From: Octopus vulgaris
Taxonomy: Eukaryota
Length of the DNA: 64,000 nt
Assembly (NCBI GenBank): GCA_951406725.2
Contig: OX597817.1
Location: 121,706,001-121,770,000 of the forward strand
Direction of reading: 5' to 3'
Position numbers and translations under genes: made by a program. Within the stretch, counting starts at the first letter, position 1. The number at the start of each line of letters is the position of its first letter. The notes under the pieces were generated by a model, which was not told the DNA's origin, searched no databases, and saw nothing but the letters and a program-made list of their open reading frames with translations. Shown piece after piece: positions 53,991 through 64,000 of the stretch.

Positions 53991-56883
53991 ATATTGATAT
54001 ATAACATTACAAATGCATAACATTGTGCATGATTGAGGATAGTGAGCTTATTGTTATAAAATCGCGGGGTCAATTTCAATTTTTGAACCTTGTTGAGTCT
54101 TCAATTCTTGAGCAACGCTCTTCATTTTCATTATCTGCAGTCTACTCAGCTGAATATAAGTACGGCTCGGAGGATTTTGTTCTTGTCGTCTTTGCAGCCA
54201 CTTTTCCTCTGGGGCAAAGGTATGGAGGAACGTATATACCTCTCAGTCAATCAAATTCCAAATTCACTCTAAGCTTTTCGCTTTACTTTTGTATTAAGAA
54301 CTTTCAGGCTTTCAGTAATCTTCAGGTTTATATAGTAGCAGTATTAGCCAACAGTTAAGTTTTGGAACTGATAACTGTAGTTGAAAAGATATTCCCACCA
54401 TCACTGTTCAGTCGTTCAACCAGCTGACATGCCAGATATATTGAATTCACTTGTAAGCGGCTGAGTATTCAAGAAACACGTGTGACATTAATGTTATTAT
54501 CAGTAGGAATCAACAAGATGATGTGGCAGGATTGTCTTAAAAATTCAACATATAATCCATTCCAGAGGTTTCCACACAGTTTCCGTCTATTCAATTCGAC
54601 TCATGTGGCTTGAACCAACTGAAAGCTGTTAAGAGAAAAAGACTTCCTGAAGGAGGTACGAAATGCACATGTTGAACAAAATAGTTGTCAAATACATTGA
54701 CAAGTAGTCTGTTGGTGTTTTGGTCCAATCCATCGTTTGAACAAACTTATAGCAAATAACATTCTAGTTTTTCTCAACATATAGTATCACATGTCTTTGT
54801 TTGACAACGAGTTTGAAAGGACTACAATATTCAATGCGTTATATTTCTTCAACATGTGTATGATGTTATACGGAGATAACTTTGCTGCTATTTCTAGCGG
54901 AGGGATTGGCCATGTAAAATTTCTCCCCATCAGCAAAGATTTTGCACTCGCCCCACCTTCATCTATATGAATGCAACGTGTTTCTAAGCATTTAGGTGAC
55001 TGCGAGGTGAGATTGGTGTCTATTCACAAGATACAAAAATATCACGAGAGACAGAACATAAAATATAGACTATTAATTCAGAATCACCAGACATAAATTT
55101 TGCCGCCACCAGAACCGCATTTCTAGCAACATCTATCATCAATTCGCGTGTCTCTTTCTTTTTGCTGCTGTTAAATTCTGTATTGAGATAAATGTAATAT
55201 ATTTGAACTCTAAGAGCAGGAAGAAAACTAAATGAGTATGAGGTATCAGCCATAAGAACACAACTCTCCAACGAGGTTAAAATAATGATTTCATGAGATT
55301 AGGTACGATGCCATATTATTATTATTATTATTATTACGACAGATTGGATATATTCGATTTTGTCTATATACTTATCTTCCCAATACAGATGTACGATTAA
55401 ATTGATCCAATTGATATTTGAACCCAGAAGACTGAGTTATGGAATTAATTTCAGTAGGTTTCAATAAAACCGTCAGCACAGCATTTCCCAGTCTCAACCA
55501 TTACTTCCTATCTTGTAAGTTAAAAATAATAAATGACAAAACTATACGTTACTTTATCAAATCTACTGAATATCCGAATAGAATTCGTAGTCGTTTCACA
55601 CGGTATTTCAGCTTTATTTTTGGAGATATTTGCCATGAAAAAAAAATAAATAAAAAGAGCAGAAATGCTAGAGAAGAAAACAAAGAATTATTTGATCCAA
55701 ACCCAGAGCTAGTCCATTAACATAGAAGCTCAATACTTCCGCTGGGATAGAGAAAAAAAAGATTAATTTGATAGTAAGCTATATAACATTTCCAAAACAG
55801 ATCGGTGTGCATCGTTTAATACATATGTTGCTTCAACTGACAAAGCGCGATAATCTATTCTTGGAAAATATTTAATAGAATGCGCTTGCTGAGCCAAAAG
55901 GTATATTGATAGGACATACTGGCGACAGATAAATTGCTTCTGAAAATAAAACGGGAATTTGCTATATGCACCACGATTCGGATATACACTGAGTGAGAGA
56001 ATGGAATCATTTCAACGTAAATAGTAATATTGGCTTGCAATGGAGAGGCAGCTGTTATTAAGATAGTTAACACAAATGTACATTACTTTTAAGAGACTAC
56101 CACATACTCGGATAATATGGGATGAGAAGGAATTATCAGTATCTCCGACATACAAAGATGATTCGTATGAACTGCTGTATTGAAATATCTGTAATCTATT
56201 TCATGTCTGAATATTTCGTCTTATATATTCATTCCAATTTATATCTTTTCCTCACTTAGTGGGAGACTTTTAATAAGTATTAACTTCACAGGCAAAAATA
56301 TAGATTTAGGAAAAATTCTTAATCTCCAAGAAAATGAAAAATAACTTATTTTATTCTTTTATAGCTATAAAGGTCATTGATTGCAATCAGTCAATTCCTT
56401 CAAGCTATTATTTTGGTAACTTTAATTTACTTTGATTACCATGGTTACATATATTTATTGTTAAAAAATATTTTTTAATAAATCCTATATACTTTCATAT
56501 ACTAAACTACATGAAAGAAAACATATTCTTAGGTATTGCCACGAAGCCAAGTAATCTAGTTTGAAAATGCAATATTATATAAAATCAGAGGTAACAACAA
56601 AATATCAATATATTGAAAATACATAGTCAATGATTAGTTTTTATTGATATATGGGAAATAGCAAAAGAAATATTATGACAGTCGTGTAATATCCAAAGTT
56701 AATTTGTAACATAATTGTGAGGAAGTGCTTCGTGTAAAAATAGCAATTCAGCAGTGAATTTAGTGCGCTACATCACGCATGCAGACAATTTTTCCCAATG
56801 TTCCATTAGAATTAATTTACGGTTAAATTATAATTGAAATTTATTTGAATTTTTACATCCCTATGAATTAGTCATTATAGCGC

Positions 56884-56917
<34 letters not shown>

Positions 56918-58998
56918 GATTAAATATCTTTCAGCACTAACCAGAATGCTTTTCCTAAATCGAAGACAAAACTGTCCAATGCATCTTTCCTTTTACGAAA
57001 CATTGAAAGTGATTTGCTTGACATTTCTAGTAGGTCGTGCAAAATCTTTAGTCTGTCAAATAGCAGATATTCTCAAAGTCAAATCGGATTCTTCATATTC
57101 GTACTAAAATGTAATCTTGTAAAAATATATAAGAACACATTACTTCTGTCACCACACCGAACAAATAGAAGATAACAACCTGCTCTTCTCTGCCGAAAGA
57201 AAACTTCGTGATAACTACTTCACAATTCCAGTGATCTTGCGTTCATACCCGCCACTAATACTCTTTAGAATGCAATGCTTTTGATATTTCACCAGCCTCA
57301 AGGCCCGGATAAGAGGGAATTGTCAACACAAGAGAAATGCCAAACAGATCCACATTTTACTCAAAATTGGAATCATGGTCAAGGAACGAGCTTTGAAAAG
57401 ATGTCCCGTAATTGAAATACAGCGAAGAAAATAATACCCGTTAATAAATAAGCAATTTCATGAGTGCATCAAATTTATAAAATGTACTCATCTTCCAGAC
57501 TTTTTCATATTTTCATGCAAAGCTTTACATAAGTAGCCCATGAAAATTGTACATGAGAAATTAAAAATAAATGCAATTCAAATTATTTCCTAATACGATC
57601 GAATCTTTTTCCCAATGATAATTTCTTTAATATATGTTAACTATAAATTATTTCCTATTAGTACCTTTAATTCAACAGATATAAGCATTGTTGATTGTAT
57701 GATAATGGAAATATCAAATATCTAAAATAATTATTCTATTTTAAGATACTTTATCTAATGTTTATGATATCAGAATTACGAATGATTAAATTACTATAAC
57801 ATTCTATATTAAGAATCATATAACTGTAAAGGATAAACATAATGGTCAAGGATATCAAACACATGGAGACTGTTATTAGTTAAGTGAACAGTAATACAGT
57901 AATATTTAAAACAAGTTAATAGCATTTGAATATTTGAAGATACAGTAACAAGGGCATCTATAAAATATATATACGCACATATAACTGTATATATGCGTAT
58001 GAGGTTATATATATATATATACATATAGTTATGTTGACATAATGAGTTAGGATTGGAAACATTCAAGGATATTTATCTTTATATTTAAAGTTAGTGTGAA
58101 GAAGTTGCTGCAATAAAGTTGAAAATTGTATCTTTTTTGTGTGTATTCATCAAACTAAAGAACATCTACTCACCGAGAATGTATAGACTGACTTCGATTA
58201 ATGGTAATATTTATATCCATTCATGTAATGGTAAACAACTCAAACAGTTTCCAGTAGGAGCGAGCGCTATGGACATAAATGAAAATAAAAATAGAGAATT
58301 TAATTATTTGTATATGTACGCATTCAATACAATAAATTACATCAGGTTTACGTACTTATTATCAAGCTGATCTTATTGAACAACTGTAAGCGAATAGTTT
58401 TTAACCCTTGGTGATTTTATTCTGATCAATATCAGTCAACCGGGAGCCAAAGAAACATTAATTATCAGCATCAGCAACACAATCATCGTTGTAGCAGATG
58501 TGAAGGTGATGGGAGCAATGATAGTCATAATGAATTAATGAAAACAAATATTTCTTTCTAGCATTAAATATGAACGATTAAAGTAGCGTTTATATTTTAA
58601 TTTCGTTGGCAGTAATGTATACCATCTTTTAATGGCTTACATGAATTCTGAATATTCAATTATTTTATACCTGTTAGGAAGCCAATATATTCCGGTTCAA
58701 ATTCCGATCTATGTACTTTGCAAATCTCATAGTTTACACTAATAAATTATCCCGTAATAAAATAATCTAGGGTAATTAACGTAATCGTTGAATCTATTTA
58801 AAATAACGTCTTTTGGAAAAGAAAGAAGAGAGCAGTTATTGTCAATAATGCGGAAACTGGAGGTTGTTAACAATGTGGTTTCCATATCTAGAACAGATAT
58901 GGAATAATAAAACGTATTACGATTATTTCTGACACATAAATTCATAGGATTACGCTTCTCCACTCACGTCGATTACCTACCTATCTCTCACAGTCTCT

Positions 58999-59036
<38 letters not shown>

Positions 59037-59500
59037 ATATATATATATGGTCACTTTAAATAAAAACCTTTGACTCTACAACACTGTGTATAAATTCTGT
59101 ACTTGGAATGACCAAGTTTAAATACTGCTGGATCTCACTCATAAGGTATTGGAAGGAAGGAATTTCAACCGTGTTCCGTGGTCTGCTCCCAAAACAGCTC
59201 CTTTATAGGATCCAGTTAGCTCAAGACATCATCAGAAGGAACCACGTCCGGTTTCGGTCCCTACTCCTCTACCGTTTTGACGAGGCGGGGCGCACCCTTT
59301 CGGAGGTGTCTTCAGCCCTGGTTTTGGGTCTTCTTTCTTCTGTTCCCTGGGAACTTCGATCTAGCCTCAACGAGTGTCAGCGGGCAACTGACTGTCTTGT
59401 CAAATTTTTTCTCTTACATTGTGTATAAGCTATATATTTGGAATAACCCATCTTAAAATCTGTTGGATTTTACTCATAAAATATTCGAATCTTACATATA

Positions 59501-59900
59501 GGCGAAGGAGTGGCTGTGTGGTAAGTAGCTTGTTTACCAACTACATGGTTCCGGGTTCAGTCCCACTGCGTGGCACCTTGGGCAAGTGTCTTCTACTATA
59601 GCCTCGGGCCGACCAAAGCCTTGTGAGTGGATTTGGTAGACGGAACTGAAAGAAGCCCGTCGTATATGTATATATATATATATATGCGTGTGCGTGTTTG
59701 TGTGTCTGTGTTTGTCCCCCTAGCATTGCTTGACAACCGATGCTGCTGTGTTTATGTCCCCGTTGCTTAGCGGTTCGGCAAGAGAGACCGATAGAATAAG
59801 TACTGGGCTTACAAAAGAATAAGTCCCGAGGTCGAGTTGCTCGATTAAAGGCGATGCTCCAGCATGGCCGCAGTCAAATAACTGAAACAAGTAAAAGAGA
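59501..59900 (+). mobile_element. Full-length family B tRNA-derived CORE-like SINE (octopus OR-type, by recollection)
   Basis: A box TGGCTGTGTGG (59511-21), B box GGTTCAGTCC (59554-63), CORE-like gtggcaccttgggcaagtgtctt, internal (TA)/(TG) tract, 3' end actgaaacaagtaaaagag. Confidence 0.88.
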
Positions 59901-60036
59901 ATATAACATTCTGCCCCAAAAATGGATCTACAACTTCAATATCCCTACATATCTTGCATCTATTTTCTTTCCTCCACGTCACCCTGTATTTTGTATCTTA
60001 TCTAAATTAACTATTATTTAACCATCTTCTCACACC

Positions 60037-60088
60037 GTCTCCGATGAAGGCATGTAATTAATAAATATCCTGGAAACAGCTGTAAGAC
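60037..60088 (+). ncRNA. Minimal type I hammerhead ribozyme (PLE-type, U4C core variant)
   Basis: Stem I GUCU/AGAC; core CCGAUGA 60041-47; stem II AGG/CCU; GAAA 60073-76; palindromic stem III ACAGCUGU; GUA triplet, predicted cut after 60084. Confidence 0.72.
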
Positions 60089-60258
60089 CTATCTATAAAT
60101 GTTCTAATATCTACACTGCCTTGGTTATATCTAATACTTTGAAGTCAACCCTTACCATGTAAAAGTTAATAAATATATACCCCACTAAAAAGTATTCAGC
60201 AATCCGTCAGTTTCGTATTAAACTTTTTATATATATGTTGAGATAAAAAATCAGATAT

Positions 60259-60297
<39 letters not shown>

Positions 60298-60656
60298 TAT
60301 ATGTTTTGAAATATATAAAGTGTGCGTACCAAAAAACTATTAGGTCAAATAATTATATCAGTCTATTTTATTATCATTGGGATATTTATGTAATTGATTT
60401 GCTGATGCCGTTACTCCTGGAATAACTATTCATGCTGTTTACTACACAAAGACAACAAAAACTGGTTTCCATATCTAGAACTCCTAACATCCTATTATGG
60501 ATTTCTATATTCTGCATTACATACACTTTACGTAAGATAATATATCAAAGAGTCAATCTTTATTTCCTTAAAAGTCTGTGCTTTTTGGCTCAGAGTTAAG
60601 TTGTGGAGGCCTTTGCAAATTATTTACGACTACCATTTGATTCATTCAGGTTTTTC

Positions 60657-60657
<1 letters not shown>

Positions 60658-60696
<39 letters not shown>

Positions 60697-60697
60697 T
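60658..60697. repeat. (TCTT)n microsatellite
   Basis: Directly visible. Confidence 0.95.
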
Positions 60698-63600
60698 GTT
60701 GCTTTCATTCCGTCTCCGTACTAAGCACGGTATCAAATAACAGGCCTAAATGTTTTCCTTAAACTGGATTCCGTGTATTTTCCCTAAACAACTTCGAACG
60801 GTTTCAACATAATATCGATTTCTTATATTCTAGAGGATGTATAATCGATTGAGATACTATAACCAACGGTCACAGATTTTCACTTTATTTTCTGTATGTC
60901 AAAATATATGTCGACCACTTGTGGGTTTTCAATTAAAAAGTTAGGAATCGAAATTTAATGCTTGAGAAGCATTTAATGTACTTTGACCACTTTTACCTCT
61001 CCACCGTCTTCAGTTGCAACAAAACATTCAATTTCTCAGTCACAAATCTTTATTCTAGGATAATATGAGAATGTCTTTCGTAGTTTCTCTTCTTTATAGA
61101 CTAATAAACAACTTGAATTACTTAGCAAGAGTTTCTTAACATAAGACACTCTAAGACGCTTATGCAAGCGATTGTATATTGAAGTGCGTTCGTAAATTAT
61201 AGATTGAAATATTATTCAAAATTATATTTCAAGTTTAATTACCTCGTCTAATGAACATCAATAATAAACGAAGCAAGTCAGCTTTTTAACTGGTACTCAC
61301 AATTCTTGATTATAAACGGATGTCTTCGTTCTGAAGTGTACCGTATTTTCTATGATAATTCTCTTTCCCCAATTTATCCTTAGATATTCTCTATATGCTA
61401 GAATTAAATGGTAATAAGTAATGATTAAAAAGGTATTTTAATACGAGATGACATTTCTAAATTCTGATGTAATGCATCTTCATTTAATCCTGTGTTTTCT
61501 TCTCCGTCTCTGGACAATGCAAGGTATTGGGTTCGACATGTTTATTGGATTGAATATTCTGCACAAGTATATCTATTCTGTCACATAAAATGCTCTAATG
61601 TCGAATATATTTCCATTTTTTGCATGTTTGTGCATGGTTTCTGCGTTCCAGGGCATATTGCACTGTCGAAATGAATGCATGCTATGTAATCCTTATTAAC
61701 AGGCCTGGTGATATATTTCAATAATCCGCAAACGTAATGGCTTCCTTCTCTAATTTCACAAGGGCTGCTATGAGAAATGTATTCCCATAGATCAACTCAC
61801 TAATGTTACATACCATTTTCAGGTTTCATTCCTGCTGTAAAGTTCCTGTTTCATTTATTTCTCTCCGGATGTATCGTATTCGTCTTATCATAAAACTGTC
61901 TAGGTGATGTATTGACTAATGATAGTCTCGTGTCCACAATGAGCGATCATTCTTTCGATACTTCCCAGGATCCTATGTACGGTCTTTACTTCAGTCGATA
62001 AAGGATTTAAAACTAGAGATTCATTTTTCTTTAGAAACGTATAAATTGATTGGTTGTAGATTGGGGAACTGCTTATATAATATACTTCCTGCCGATGTAA
62101 TTCTACAACTTTATTCTGTAATTATTTACGCTCTAACCACTAAAAGTTTGCCACGAAGGTTAATTACTACTAGCGATATTATTCAGTATCTAAGCCCAAT
62201 TTTGAGAATGCTGCAACAATAATTGATATTGAGAAATTAACTGCTTTTAGTTCAACAGAATCATAATCATGGTTTAATGCAGTGAGAGTTTTCAACTACT
62301 TTATATCTGAAATGATCAAGTGGCTATTGTAATCGACATCCTATAAATAGAATTAAATATATTAGAATCGCCGCTTTTCTCTCCCGTAAATCACTTAAAC
62401 AATAATTTCATCACTCACTCTCTTTTATTATTTTAATAATACATTCCTCTCATCATCCACAGAAAATTTAGTATACGTGTCCTCAAATTTGTATATTCTT
62501 CCATTAATAATTATCTAAAAAGACCAATTCTTATTGAAAGTCCTTTATGTCTGGCACTCTGTTTAAATATATGAACAAAAATATCAGAAAACAATTTCAT
62601 AATGGATTTAGTAATTTAGTTAAAAGAAATAAATTTTGTTATGTTGTTTGGGATTGTGATAAAATGTAGTTACTTGTTGAGTGAATCAAACATTTAAGTA
62701 ACAGAATTAACATTCAAATATATCAAACAAATATTATTAATACATGATGTGCTCAAACGCTTGCGACGATTACAGATTCAGATGTTTAAGTTTAATCGCT
62801 ATAATTATTTTAATTATTCTAATTTTCATTTCAGATGACACACGTAATTTAATGTTTTCATCTAAAAATAGTACCTAAGTAAGCTCCAGAAGCTATTCTG
62901 TAACATATTGATATGAAGGAAATACTTCAAGTAAAATGTGAGGAATAAAGGGTGTTTGATTGAACCCTTTAACCAACATCAAGAAAATCATCATTAAATC
63001 CAACTCGTAATTTTATGATATATCTTTATCATATCCGAATTCTTTCAAGCCATATAAGATAATATGCAATATGTTATTATATTTGATCAATTGGATAAGT
63101 GATCGTTGTGTTGAAACTATTAAGATTTAATCAAATAGGTGTTTAAATTTGCTGTATGTCTAGAAATTTCTGATAAGCTAAAGACGACACCTATTAAAAG
63201 CAGTATGATCTTAATCTTATCTTTGGAGACTTTCCTGCTCAAAATGGTCAATCTCAAACAAAAACATTCTTAAACAAATATTAAACCGCTTACCATACTA
63301 AGCACAACATTGGTTTCTTTTGCTCATCGTATATTTATCACATAGTCTGTACCTATATTCAGTTCCTTAACAATACATCTAAAACTATAAGTTGCAGACA
63401 CATTATTTACAACAAACAAATATTGTTGAAGAAAAGAATGAACAGTAAAGTTCATCTCTAGTTCAAATGCATATTACATACTACTATTTATATCATCGTT
63501 TAAACTTCTATATTTCAGAAATGCAGCAAATTAGATATTTAAAAAAGGAGTATGTTATTTATTGTACTCGGGGGTGATAGCTACTTTTGTGAGACAGGTT

Positions 63601-64000
63601 GTCACTCCTACTGTATCTCGTCTGCAGTGCCATCACGGATGACATATCGGTCATACCACCACGAACCCAAACAATACGATAGACACCCAGCCTGCTGGAA
63701 AATAAGGCCAAATGGTCAGGAATGAAAATCAGTCCACAAAAATCTTGGAGTTTTAGTATCCCTCAAGGAAGGCTGACAGATGACGCCTTCAGCATTCAGA
63801 GTTTTGATATTCTAGCAATCTAAGAAAAAGATGTCTGATTCCATGGGAAGAATTACGATCGTACCTTCAAGTATATTGGCAATACCAAAGAAAATAAAAC
63901 CTAATTAGGGTTGATGATAAAAGTCAGCTACTTGGGAGATTCAAAGTATACTTTGACAGGATTCGAGTGGAGGCAATAGAGAAGTCTATGGTAAATTCGT

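Noticed and set aside
55020-55720. ORFs 55020-55271 (-) and 55439-55720 (+) as host exons
   Set aside because: No recognisable domain, weak splice signals, and lengths expected by chance.
60700-62000. Possible very old RTE-type LINE on the minus strand
   Set aside because: No diagnostic motif could be read with confidence.

Overview
AT-rich, microsatellite-dense eukaryotic DNA with no recognisable intact host gene. The SINE families and repeat texture suggest an octopus (coleoid cephalopod) intergenic or intronic region; this is inference from recalled repeat families, not a database match. All recognisable coding material is decayed transposon sequence: two R4/Dong-clade RLE LINEs embedded in (AAT)n tracts, a Tx1/L1-type LINE, a DD34D mariner with both TIRs and TA TSDs, a piggyBac with TTAA TSDs, two Penelope-like (PLE) relics, and many copies of three tRNA-derived SINE families. 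The most interesting signals are non-coding RNA structures: a minimal hammerhead ribozyme with a palindromic stem III (60037-60088); a hammerhead relic in a PLE pseudo-LTR that has a 98%-identical 101-bp inverted copy (35093-36734); a fold-back MITE built from two mariner 3' ends (27277-27832); a pre-miRNA-like hairpin (16568-16653); an unclassified ~556-bp element bracketed by (AAT)n beside the Dong LINE; and a (TTAGGG)3 insertion inside a SINE. Most listed ORFs are microsatellite translation artefacts.
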